In this document: positions 55,638 through 64,000 of the stretch, piece after piece
Layout of the letters: every line of letters begins with the position of its first letter
Position numbering within the stretch: the first letter of the stretch is position 1
From: an uncultured Gemmatimonadales bacterium
Lineage (GTDB): Bacteria > Gemmatimonadota > Gemmatimonadetes > Longimicrobiales > RSA9
Direction of reading: 5' to 3'
Assembly: GCA_963816355.1 (NCBI GenBank)
Contig: CAWFKH010000004.1
Coordinates: 382,689 to 446,688 of the forward strand
DNA length: 64,000 nt
Translations under genes and position numbers: made by a program
Notes under the pieces: generated by a model
What the model was told of the DNA's origin: nothing
Seen by the model: only the letters and a program-made list of their open reading frames with translations
The model's database searches: none

Positions 55638-57089
55638 ATGCGCTCGAACGGACTCCTGCTCTGCTCCCGCGGAACGGCCGCGCTCGTGCTGATGCTCGCC
55701 GCCCGGGCGCCGTCAGCGGGCGCGGCCTCGCCGGCCCCGCTCACCTCGCCGGCCCCGCTCGCCTCGCCCGCGCCGCTCGCCTCGCCGGCGCCGCTCGCCT
55801 CGCCGGCGCCGCTCGCCGCCCGAGCGCCATCCTCCGCGCCCCCAGCCGCGGCCACGCCGCCCCTCGCCCCGCCGCCCGTCTCCCCGCCGTCCCCGGCGGG
55901 CACGTGGGAAGGCGTGCTGCGCGTCCCGGCGAGGGCGCCGTACGGGCTGACGCTCACGTTCGACAGCGCGGACGGCGCGTGGAGGGGGTCGCTGCGCTCG
56001 TCGCGCGTGGGGAACGACGCGGTGCGGTTCGCCGCCGTCGCGCGCGCCGGTGACTCGCTGATCGCCACGCTGCCGGCCAGCGTGCGGGGCAGCGTGCTGC
56101 GTGGCCGCCTGTCGGCGGACGGAGCGCGGCTTTCCGGCGTCGTCGGCGAGGCCGGCGGAGCCACCTTCGAGACCGCCCGCCCGGGCAGCGCCGAAGCCGC
56201 CGCGCTCGGTGCGGAGGCGGCGCGCGCGGAGGAATCGCGGCGCGTCGCCCGCGAGATGCGCGACACGGTGGCCTCGCGGCCGTCCGCGGACCCGGATTCC
56301 GCGCAGCTCGTGACGAGCGACGTCGCCCTCTTCTGGTCCGTGCTCGACCGCGCGACGCCCGACAGCCTCGGCGCCTACCTGCAGCGGGACTACCTCGAGC
56401 GCGGGTCCGTCGGGGTGCGGGACTTCATCCCCGGACGCATCCTGAGCGCGGCGGACCTGGCGGCGTTCGTCCGCGCGAACCGCGCGCGCTACGATTCCGT
56501 GCGCGCGGCCGCCCTGGACATCTCGCGCGCGGAGCCGGCGATCCGCGCCGCGTTCCGCAAGCTGGAGGCGCTCTACCCGGACGCCGTCTTCCCCGATGTC
56601 TACTTCGTCGTGGGCCGCTTCAACTCGGGCGGCACGTCGACGGACCACGGCCTGCTGATCGGCGCGGAGATGTATCGCGACCCGGCGCGCCTGCCGGCGA
56701 TCGTGTCGCACGAGCTGGTCCACTTCCAGCAGCACTACGACAGTTCCACGCTCCTGAAGCACGCGTTCATGGAGGGCACCGCGGACTTCATCGGCGAGCT
56801 GATCTCGGGGGCGCAGATCAACGAAGCCGCCAAAGCGTACGGCCTGGCGCACGAGCACGAGCTGTGGCAGGAATTCGAGCAGCACTTCGACGACCGCCAG
56901 TTCTTCCCCTGGATGTACGGCAAGCCGCCCGACGGCCGACCCAACGACCTCGGCTACTTCATCGGCTACCGCATCGCCCAGGCGTACTACGAGAAGGCCG
57001 CCGACAAGCGCCAGGCGATCCGCGACATCATCACCGCCGACGGCGGAAACGTGCGGGCGCTGCTCGAGGCGAGCGGCTACGACCCCTGA
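55638..57089 (+). CDS. Secreted DUF2268-like putative Zn-dependent protease
   Basis: Signal peptide; FPDVYFVVG..NSGGT, HELVHFQQ, EGTADF, DLGYFIGYRIAQAYY. Confidence 0.8.
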   Translation: MRSNGLLLCSRGTAALVLMLAARAPSAGAASPAPLTSPAPLASPAPLASPAPLASPAPLAARAPSSAPPAAATPPLAPPPVSPPSPAGTWEGVLRVPARAPYGLTLTFDSADGAWRGSLRSSRVGNDAVRFAAVARAGDSLIATLPASVRGSVLRGRLSADGARLSGVVGEAGGATFETARPGSAEAAALGAEAARAEESRRVAREMRDTVASRPSADPDSAQLVTSDVALFWSVLDRATPDSLGAYLQRDYLERGSVGVRDFIPGRILSAADLAAFVRANRARYDSVRAAALDISRAEPAIRAAFRKLEALYPDAVFPDVYFVVGRFNSGGTSTDHGLLIGAEMYRDPARLPAIVSHELVHFQQHYDSSTLLKHAFMEGTADFIGELISGAQINEAAKAYGLAHEHELWQEFEQHFDDRQFFPWMYGKPPDGRPNDLGYFIGYRIAQAYYEKAADKRQAIRDIITADGGNVRALLEASGYDP

Positions 57090-57139
57090 CGGGGCGGGCG
57101 CCGCGGATGGCCAACCTCGACGTGCCGAGACCTGCGCGG

Positions 57140-57216
57140 CCGATCAAGATCTCGTAATGGAGTTCGCCCTCGACCTCGACATCCGAGTTCTTCCCGGATA
57201 CCGAGAAATATGTCGA
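57140..57216. repeat. Single arm of the ~180-bp palindromic element, copy 3
   Basis: cgatcaagatctcgtaatggagttcg...atccgagttcttcccggataccgagaaatatgtcga aligns with left arm at 55243. Confidence 0.7.
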
Positions 57217-57384
57217 GAACGATTGGCGGCCCTCGCCCGCGCCGCCGGGTCAGGCGAGCGGTCGCGGGTCCGGCGGCGCCGCCGGACCCGCGACGCCGCG
57301 CTTCGGCGGATCGCGTTGTATCATGTGGACGCGAGCCATCCCGGATGGCCGGAGTCACCGCCGACCTCACACAGGGAGAGACCG

Positions 57385-58446
57385 ATGCCGGATCCAGGCC
57401 GACCGCAGGCGCAGGACCTTCGCGGCGAGGCGTCGGCGAGAGTGGACCGGGGCTCGGTGTGCGTCAACCCGGACCGCTTTCTCGACGTCGCGACCGGGCC
57501 GCCGGACGTGCGGATCATCGCGAGCCACCGCGTCGTCGCGCCCGGCGAGGCGTTCGACATCGCGGTCTTCGGCACGTCGCCGATCGGCCTCGCGGCGATC
57601 TGGTGGTTCGGCCAGGGCACCGGCGACGCGAACCATGACAAGGCGCACTGGGAGGACGCCGGCGGCCTTGCGACGGCGATGCGGCGGTGGACCGGCGTCG
57701 TGCTGAGCCAGCCCGGCACCTACCACTTCGGCGCCAACGCGCGCGACGTGCTCTACGGCGTACAGCTCGGCGTGCCGCACCAGGCGTCGGAAGGCGCCGG
57801 CATCGCGACGTGCACCGTGGAGGTGCGCGCGGACATGTCGTATGACGCGCAGGTCGACCGCATCAAGGCGCAGACCGGCCGCCCGGACGCGTGGGAGCAG
57901 TGGATGAAGTCCGCCGACGTCCGCGCGCGCTACGAGCCGGTGTGGAACCGGTCGCGCGCGTGGCCCACGACGACGCGGGCCGCCTTCGCCTACGGCGGCG
58001 CGCCCGTCGCCTACTCGCCGGCGTGGCCCTCCGAGGCCGCGCACATGGCCGCGCTCGACCAGCTCGCGGAGCTCGTCTTCCCGCCCATCGGGTCGTGGAC
58101 CGTCTTCGGCGCCGACCCCGCCGCCTCCGACGTCGCCATCGTCGTGCGCGGCGCCGGCGCGACGTCGCAGGCGTTCCCGGGCGACACGCCGCCGCGCGTC
58201 TACCTTTACTTCGAACCGATCCTCGGCCATGAGTTCGGCCACGTCCTCCTCGTGCCGCACCACTACATCGGTTCCGATGCGGCGAACCCCGTCTTCCTGC
58301 CGCCCGGCGAGACGCAGTGCGTCATGGCGCGCAACGCTTCGATGTACTGCTCCGGCTGCAGGACCGCGATGCACCTGGATCCATACGTCGACAACACCGC
58401 GGCGTTCACCGCCATCGCGAGCGACCTCAACGCGCGCTACCCGTAG
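57385..58446 (+). CDS. Hypothetical protein with metzincin-like zinc motif
   Basis: GGGAGAG RBS; HEFGHVLLVPHH, CVM, YCSGC. Confidence 0.68.
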   Translation: MPDPGRPQAQDLRGEASARVDRGSVCVNPDRFLDVATGPPDVRIIASHRVVAPGEAFDIAVFGTSPIGLAAIWWFGQGTGDANHDKAHWEDAGGLATAMRRWTGVVLSQPGTYHFGANARDVLYGVQLGVPHQASEGAGIATCTVEVRADMSYDAQVDRIKAQTGRPDAWEQWMKSADVRARYEPVWNRSRAWPTTTRAAFAYGGAPVAYSPAWPSEAAHMAALDQLAELVFPPIGSWTVFGADPAASDVAIVVRGAGATSQAFPGDTPPRVYLYFEPILGHEFGHVLLVPHHYIGSDAANPVFLPPGETQCVMARNASMYCSGCRTAMHLDPYVDNTAAFTAIASDLNARYP

Positions 58447-58516
58447 GCGGTGACCGCAAGGCGAGGCGGCGACCGCGAACTCGCGGCCTCCCTTCCGCCG
58501 CCCTTCCGCCGCCGGG

Positions 58517-59119
58517 TCAGACGACCGGGCGGGTGGACGGCGGCGCCGCCGGACCCGCCGCCTCGCGGAACAGCGCCGCCGCCCCCACGAACAGCGCGAC
58601 GAAGAAGGCGTTCACCCCCACGACCTCCAGCGGCCCGCTCGCCGGAGCGCCGAGCCGCAGACTCAGCGCGACCGCCGCGATAACTCCCTGCGCCGCCGCC
58701 ATGGCGAGGAGCGCCCACGCCATGCCGCGCGGCCGCAGTCGCGCGACCGCGGCGCCGACGACCCCCACCGCGAGCACGCCAATGTACATCAGGTTGGCCG
58801 CGTTCCCCTCGTCCCCGATCAGCCCCACCGCCAGGTTGCTCCAGACGAGGAAGAGCGCGGACGCGAGCGCGAGCCCCGCCGCGATGCGGTAGGCGACGTC
58901 GCCCCCCACGCGCTCCGCCCTCCTCGCCGCCGCCTGGTACAGCAGCCCCGTCCCGAACAGCAGCACGCCCGCGACCGCGAAGTCGAGCGGCCCCCACGCG
59001 ACCTGGTCGGTGAGCTGCATCGCCGCGAGCGGCACCAGCAGCAGGATCGCCACGCCGAGCGCGAGGCGGGCGGCGGATCGGCGGGCGGCGGATCGGCGGG
59101 CGGTTTGCTCCGTATGCAT
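58517..59119 (-). CDS. Hypothetical multi-pass membrane protein
   Basis: LLLVPLAAMQLTDQVAW...DF; WSNLAVGLIGDEGN.ANLMY; about 6 TM segments. Confidence 0.8.
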   Translation of the reverse strand: MHTEQTARRSAARRSAARLALGVAILLLVPLAAMQLTDQVAWGPLDFAVAGVLLFGTGLLYQAAARRAERVGGDVAYRIAAGLALASALFLVWSNLAVGLIGDEGNAANLMYIGVLAVGVVGAAVARLRPRGMAWALLAMAAAQGVIAAVALSLRLGAPASGPLEVVGVNAFFVALFVGAAALFREAAGPAAPPSTRPVV

Positions 59120-59272
59120 CGTGGCCTCGTCGTCGAGAGTTCAGGTGGGGCCGCGCGCGTCCCGTCCCGGTCGCGGCGTCCAGTCGAGGGTCGCGGCGTC
59201 CCGTCCCGGTCGCGGCGTCCGGTCGAGGCCGCGGCGTCCGGTCGAGGTCGCGGCGAGCCTCGTCGATGAAGT

Positions 59273-59289
59273 ACTTTACATTGCAAAGT
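59273..59289. promoter_or_regulatory. AT-rich imperfect palindrome, candidate operator
   Basis: ACTTTACA-T-TGCAAAGT upstream of the membrane protein gene. Confidence 0.5.
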
Positions 59290-59396
59290 CACGGCGCGCA
59301 AGCGGCTTGGCTGCCCGACCGTGGAGAGCGCTCAGGCGGGACGAGCGAGCGAGGACGGCGGCGGAGCGGCGGCCAGCGCGAGCGCGGTGCGGGTCG

Positions 59397-60089
59397 TCAT
59401 GGAGTCGAACTCCGATCGCCGCGCGCGACGCGGCTCGCGATCTCCTCCATCTGCGCGCCCCGTCGCCGCGCCCAGGCGGGCACCTGGAGCACGCCGGCCG
59501 CGAAGACGCCCGCGCCGGACAGCGCGAGAAAGGAGATCCCGTGGAGCACGCCGGCGTCGATGCCGCCGGCGAGGACGTGGCCGAATACCACCGCGCCGGC
59601 GCTGCCGAGCAGGGCGAGTCCCGTCCCCATGAGCCGGCGGGCGCTGCCCTTCAGCGTGCGCAGGCGGAGGCGGTGACCGGTCTCCGTGGGCTCGAGCAGC
59701 GCCTGGAGGTTGCCGTTCGTCCACTGCCGGAAGGAGCCGTCGGAGTGCATGATGCCGCGCGCGTCGAACGTCTCGCGCAGGTCGATGACGAGCCGCTCCC
59801 ACTCCTCGTCGCCCAGCCGGCGGCCGAGATCGACCGTGCGCTCGACGCCGATCGGCAGGCCGAGCCAGCGAGGCCTGCGCGCGGCGGCGACGATGCCGAC
59901 CGAGCGTGCAGCGTCCGCGATCGCCTCCGCCGGCACGCCCACCTCGCGGCCGATCTCCTGAAGCTGCGCGAGCGTGAGCCCGTCGCCTCCGGCTGGCGCG
60001 CCGGGGCGCGGCTCGACCGCGGCGGACTTCGTTGCCCGCTCGAAGATCTGCGCGACTTCCCGTTCGCCGTACCGCCGTTCGCTGTCCAT
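59397..60089 (-). CDS. Hypothetical membrane-anchored protein
   Basis: MDSERRYGEREVAQIFERA...GLTLAQLQEIGREVGVP; two C-terminal TM segments. Confidence 0.75.
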   Translation of the reverse strand: MDSERRYGEREVAQIFERATKSAAVEPRPGAPAGGDGLTLAQLQEIGREVGVPAEAIADAARSVGIVAAARRPRWLGLPIGVERTVDLGRRLGDEEWERLVIDLRETFDARGIMHSDGSFRQWTNGNLQALLEPTETGHRLRLRTLKGSARRLMGTGLALLGSAGAVVFGHVLAGGIDAGVLHGISFLALSGAGVFAAGVLQVPAWARRRGAQMEEIASRVARGDRSSTP

Positions 60090-60274
60090 GCCGAAAGATG
60101 CAGCATCCGGCGGCGCGAGGCTACGGCTGCGGGGCCGGCCGCCGCGCGGGAGCGCGCGACCGCGGCGGCCGGTCTCCGGAGAGGGCGCGCGGCCGGCTCG
60201 ACGGGCGCCGCGTTGCCGGTCGGGGCTTCGTCGCGCGCCACGTTGCCGGTCGGGGCTTCGTCGCGCGCCGCACG

Positions 60275-60994
60275 TCAGCCGAGCTCCTCCCTGAGCCGGG
60301 CAGCGTAGCGGCGGCTCATCACGACGGGCTCGGAGCCGTCGGCGAGGTGAAGGCGGTAGCTGTAGTGGGACCACGGCTCGGCGCGCTCGACGCGGGCCAG
60401 GTTGACGATCGTGGAGCGACGGACCCGCCGGAAATCCGCCGCCGGCAGCCGCCGCGCCCACGCCTTCAGCGGCCGCGGCGTGCGGATCGACTCGCCGCCG
60501 GCGGTCCGGATCCGGCTGCCGCCGCCTTCGGCGTCGACGCGCGTGATCGTGGCGATCTCCACGAACCGGGCCCGCCCTTCCGCGTCGAGGAAGATCCACC
60601 GCTCGCCGGTGAACGGGGTGGGCGCAGCCGGCTCCCGCCGGCCGAGGAACGCCTCGACGCGGGAGAGGGATCCGGCCAGGCGTTCGGGGTCGACCGGCTT
60701 CAGGAGGTAGTCGAGCGCGTGGGCCTCGAACGCGCGGACGGCGTAGGCGTCGTACGCGCTCACGAAGACGACGGCCGTCGCTTCGTCGAGGTCCGGCAGG
60801 AGGTCGAAGCCCGATTCGCGGCCAAGCCGGATGTCGAGGAAGACGAGATCCGGGCGGGTCCGGAGCGCGAGGCCCCGGGCGGCGGCGAGGTCCTTCGCCT
60901 CGCCGGCCACGCTTACGTCCCCGCGCGCTGCCAGGAGCCGCCGCAGCTCGCGCCGCGCCGGCGCCTCGTCGTCGACCACGATCGCCCTGATCAC
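60275..60994 (-). CDS. LytR/AlgR family response regulator
   Basis: IVVDDE, VFLDI, FVSAYD, DYLLKP; LytTR domain FRRVRRSTIVNL, MSRRY. Confidence 0.93.
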   Translation of the reverse strand: MIRAIVVDDEAPARRELRRLLAARGDVSVAGEAKDLAAARGLALRTRPDLVFLDIRLGRESGFDLLPDLDEATAVVFVSAYDAYAVRAFEAHALDYLLKPVDPERLAGSLSRVEAFLGRREPAAPTPFTGERWIFLDAEGRARFVEIATITRVDAEGGGSRIRTAGGESIRTPRPLKAWARRLPAADFRRVRRSTIVNLARVERAEPWSHYSYRLHLADGSEPVVMSRRYAARLREELG

Positions 60995-62049
60995 GGGACG
61001 GCGACCTGCGCGCGGCCGGCGCCTCGCCGGGGCGCGGTGAGCTCCACCGAGGCGACGACGCGGCCGTCCCGCTCCTGGAGCTCGAGGCGTCCGTCGTCGC
61101 CGTACATCTGCCTCAGCCGGGCCCGCGTGAGGTCCAGCCCGATCCCCTCGGACGAGCCGTCCAGCGTGCCGCCGTTCTCGACCTCGATCCGCAGACGCGC
61201 GCCCGCGAGCCGGGCGTCGAGGCGCACGCGGAGCGTTCCGTCCGCGTCGCGCGATCCGTGGTGGACGGCGTTCTCCACCAGCGGCTGGAGGATGAGGAAA
61301 GGCACGAGGACGTCGCCCGCGGCCGCGTCCATCCGGACGTCGACCTGGAGGTCCGGCTCGAAACGCGCCTCCTCGATCCGGAGGTAGTCCCGCGCGGCGG
61401 CGATCTCCGCGTCGACCGTGGCCGCCCGGGCCGGGTCCGCGGCGAGGGCGTGGCGGAGGAACTCCGAGAGCCGGGTGAGCACGACGCGCGCGCGTTCGGG
61501 ATCGTCGGCGACGAGGGAGCGGACCGTGTTGAGCGCGTTGAAGAGGAAGTGGGGCTCGAGCCGCGCGGCGAGCGCCCGGACCTGGGCCTCGCGGGCGCTC
61601 GCCCGCTGCTCGAGGAGCGCCTCGCGGGCCTCCCGCTCACGGGCCCAGAGCAGCGCGCCCACGGCCGCGGCCGACCAGCCGAGGAGGACGATCAGGTACT
61701 CCAGCTCCACGCCGCGGGGGAAGCGGATCCACGGGACCGCGACGCCGAAGGCGGCGGCGATCGCGACCAGGATCGTCCGGTCGAGCACGGGCCAGACGAG
61801 GAGCCCGACGACGAACGCGCCGATCCCCAGCAGGACCAGCCGGCCGCGCCGCGACGCTCGGACCGCGCCGCGCAGGGCGGGCCACAGGACGCTCGTGATC
61901 CCCAGCCCGGTCGCGGCCCGGACGAGGTTGGCGAGCGCCATCGCCTCGCGCTCCGCCGGCCGGATCGCGGGGAGGATCGCCAGGAAGTGGGCGACGCCGT
62001 AGAGCGTCCAGAACGCGAGCTGGACGCCGAGCCATCGCTTGCCGCGCAT
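60991..62049 (-). CDS. LytS/YehU-type sensor histidine kinase
   Basis: LEPHFLFNALN, YLRIEEARF, LQPLVENAVHHG, GIGL. Confidence 0.93.
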   Translation of the reverse strand: MRGKRWLGVQLAFWTLYGVAHFLAILPAIRPAEREAMALANLVRAATGLGITSVLWPALRGAVRASRRGRLVLLGIGAFVVGLLVWPVLDRTILVAIAAAFGVAVPWIRFPRGVELEYLIVLLGWSAAAVGALLWAREREAREALLEQRASAREAQVRALAARLEPHFLFNALNTVRSLVADDPERARVVLTRLSEFLRHALAADPARAATVDAEIAAARDYLRIEEARFEPDLQVDVRMDAAAGDVLVPFLILQPLVENAVHHGSRDADGTLRVRLDARLAGARLRIEVENGGTLDGSSEGIGLDLTRARLRQMYGDDGRLELQERDGRVVASVELTAPRRGAGRAQVAVP

Positions 62050-62058
62050 GCGGGGAGT

Positions 62059-63459
62059 CTAGCGGGAGGTCGCGCCTCTGCGCGAGCGCGTCGCCCGGTA
62101 GGCGCCCTCGCTGTAGAGCGGCCGGATCACGAAGGCGGGCGAGCGCCCGGCCACGGGCGCCTCGAACGTGACGGTGGACCACAGGGACCGGAGGAGGAAC
62201 GTGCGCCCGCCCTGCGGCACGAGGACGTCGATCGGCGCGTCGCCGAGGTACGCCACGAGGTCCGCGTCCACCTCGCGCACCTCGAGGAAGGTGCCGGGCG
62301 GGAGCGAGAGGTAGCCCGGCGGGGGCCGGTACGAGCCCGGCGCCGCGGCGGCCACGGCGGCGTCGGCGGCGGCGGGCGCGGCGACGGGGAGCGCTTCCGG
62401 CTCGCGACCGTTCGAGAGGTCGATCAGGGCGCGCGCCACGTCGAGCGTCATGCCCGCCGCGTAGTCGTTCGCGAGGACCACCGCGATGCGATCGCCGTCC
62501 CGCACCAGGGCGGCGTTGTAGCCCGGGCAGCGCCCCGTCTCGACCCAGCGGTCGCCGCGGGGGAAGAGGTCCGCCCAGGTGGCCGCGTCGAGCACCGGGT
62601 CGTGCCCCACCGCCAGAGCCCAGCGGTGGAGGTCGCCCGCCGTCGACACCAGCGAGCCCCCGCCGGTCTTGGTGACCATCTCCTGGAACGGCGCGCGGAC
62701 CGTGCGCCCGAACTCGAGCGGGCTGGGCGCGTAGCCCCGCGCGCGCCCCGGCACGATGTCGCCGTCGGACTCGTCGTGGGTGCGGGCGAGGCCCAGCGGC
62801 CGCAGGAGCTCGTCCTCGAGGAGCGCTCCGTACGGCCGCCCCGCGGCAAGCTCCAGGATTCGCGTCGCGACCGCGTAGCCCCCGTTGCTGTAGCGCCGTT
62901 CGGCGCCCGGCTCGAAGTCGAGCGGCAGCCGCGCGATCGAGTCGACGAGCTCCGCCAGCGTGTGAGGCGCGAGCGCCTCTTCGTCGTAGGGCAGCGAGTT
63001 GACGCTCGGCACGCCGGCCCGGTGGTCGAGCAGGAGGCGGAGGGTGATGCGGTCCGCGTCCGGGAAGTCGGGAAGCCAGCGCGCGATGGGCGCGTCCAGG
63101 TCGACGAGTCCGCGCTCCGCGAGCCGGCCCGCCAGCGCGCGCGTGAACGCCTTGGTGATCGACGCGACGCGGAAGACGCTCCCGGCCGCCAGCGGCACGT
63201 CCTCCTCGAGGTCCGCGCGGCCGTACGCCTTCTGGAAGAGGACCGAGTCCCCGCGGGCCACGAGGACGACGCCCCGGAAGACGTGCAGCGCCCGCAGCGG
63301 CGCCAGGTAGGCGTCGACGGCCGCCTCGAGGTCGCCGCGGCCGGCTGCCTCCAGGTCGCCGCGCCCGGCTGCGTCCGGGTCGCCGCGTCCGGCTGCCGGC
63401 GGTCCGGCGGGCCGGGCGGGGACGAGGACGGCGAGGAGCAGGAGAGGGAGAACGCGCAC
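62059..63459 (-). CDS. Secreted serine hydrolase (beta-lactamase class C-like family)
   Basis: FRVASITK (SxxK), LLDHRAG, FEPG..RYSN.GY. Confidence 0.9.
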   Translation of the reverse strand: MRVLPLLLLAVLVPARPAGPPAAGRGDPDAAGRGDLEAAGRGDLEAAVDAYLAPLRALHVFRGVVLVARGDSVLFQKAYGRADLEEDVPLAAGSVFRVASITKAFTRALAGRLAERGLVDLDAPIARWLPDFPDADRITLRLLLDHRAGVPSVNSLPYDEEALAPHTLAELVDSIARLPLDFEPGAERRYSNGGYAVATRILELAAGRPYGALLEDELLRPLGLARTHDESDGDIVPGRARGYAPSPLEFGRTVRAPFQEMVTKTGGGSLVSTAGDLHRWALAVGHDPVLDAATWADLFPRGDRWVETGRCPGYNAALVRDGDRIAVVLANDYAAGMTLDVARALIDLSNGREPEALPVAAPAAADAAVAAAAPGSYRPPPGYLSLPPGTFLEVREVDADLVAYLGDAPIDVLVPQGGRTFLLRSLWSTVTFEAPVAGRSPAFVIRPLYSEGAYRATRSRRGATSR

Positions 63460-63495
63460 GTGGGCCTCCGGATCGGGGTCGCGAGGCTTTCCCCG

Positions 63496-63611
63496 ATCCT
63501 AGCGGGCGGGCGCGCGCCTGCGAAGAGTTCTCCGACGAGCGGGCGAGGAGGGCGGCCGAGCGGTCGCAGCGGAGGACGAGCGGTCGGCGAGCGCCGCGGT
63601 GGGCGAGCGGG
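63496..63611 (-). promoter_or_regulatory. LytTR-type direct-repeat boxes plus -10 element
   Basis: Minus strand (A/C)CCGCTCG(T/G/C)C at 63534, 63555, 63575, 63602; TAGGAT at 63496-63501. Confidence 0.6.
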
Positions 63612-63629
63612 CTCGTTGCGGGAAAGACT

Positions 63630-64000
63630 CTACTTGAGGAGATCCCTCAATGCGGTGATACCGTTCTTCCGATATCCCCCGTAGCAGTCGAGCCTGACGA
63701 AGATGGCGTCGGCTTCGGTCAGGGATTGGCGCCCTTGCTTGACGGCCGCCAGAAGCAGGGCGGCGGCGTTGATCCAGTGGTCGGTCCCCGCCTCACGGGT
63801 GACTCGCCGCTGCGCGAACAGGTCCTCGATCCCGACCAGCCACCCACGAGAGAGCGCTACGGCAATCGCTTCGGCTTCACCGGCATCGACCGCGTCCGAC
63901 CAGTGCGCGAACAGCCGGAGTTCCTCGGCGGAATCCGTATCGAGTTCGGTCGTCGCCAGCCGCCCGTTGAGAATCGCGCGGGAAACTTCTGATCGCGTCG
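63630..64000 (-). CDS. PIN-domain protein (DUF3368-like), 5'-truncated by window edge
   Basis: Manual translation: ...VDAGEAEAIAVALSRGWLVGIEDLFAQRR...ALLLAAVKQGRQSLTEADAIF...LLK*; absent from ORF track because start is outside window. Confidence 0.72.
   Translation of the reverse strand, partial: TRSEVSRAILNGRLATTELDTDSAEELRLFAHWSDAVDAGEAEAIAVALSRGWLVGIEDLFAQRRVTREAGTDHWINAAALLLAAVKQGRQSLTEADAIFVRLDCYGGYRKNGITALRDLLK

Noticed and set aside
63726..63992. 88-aa plus-strand ORF
   Set aside because: Antisense to the better-supported PIN-domain frame
1..64000. tRNA, rRNA, transposase, integrase or prophage genes
   Set aside because: None recognised by eye; a covariance-model search was not possible

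Overview
Very GC-rich bacterial chromosomal DNA (visual estimate >70%). Gene content (TonB receptor, BlaI/M56 pair, tricorn-like S41, TolB-N/TPR protein) suggests a diderm, plausibly Gemmatimonadota-like organism (inference). About 45 credible CDSs; most long ORFs in the six-frame track are antisense or off-frame shadows. Main blocks: multicopper oxidase/beta-propeller operon; TonB receptor plus two lipoproteins; TipA-like MerR regulator; BlaI/BlaR1-like pair; DEAD-box helicase; TolC-MFP-RND-PII-like-DUF2892 operon; LuxR regulator plus flavin monooxygenase; a 7-gene operon (xanthine-dehydrogenase-family S/L/M, NCS1 transporter, MatB-like CoA ligase, cyclase-family hydrolase, amidase); cupredoxin lipoprotein; ABM-DinB fusion; GxxExxY gene; SEC-C protein; ABC-F; trpS; tricorn-like protease; ArsR-SRPBCC; LytS/LytTR with a serine hydrolase; and a lower-GC PIN-domain gene at the right edge. 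No rRNA, tRNA, CRISPR array or transposase was seen. Best candidates for undescribed biology: (1) the 7-gene operon, which looks like an oxidative pyrimidine pathway that lacks the canonical barbiturase and may use a cyclase plus an amidase instead; (2) a dispersed family of 8-9-bp-periodic inverted-repeat elements, one directly upstream of a GxxExxY nuclease-like gene; (3) a second dispersed ~180-bp palindromic element. All family assignments come from motif recognition by eye, not database searches.
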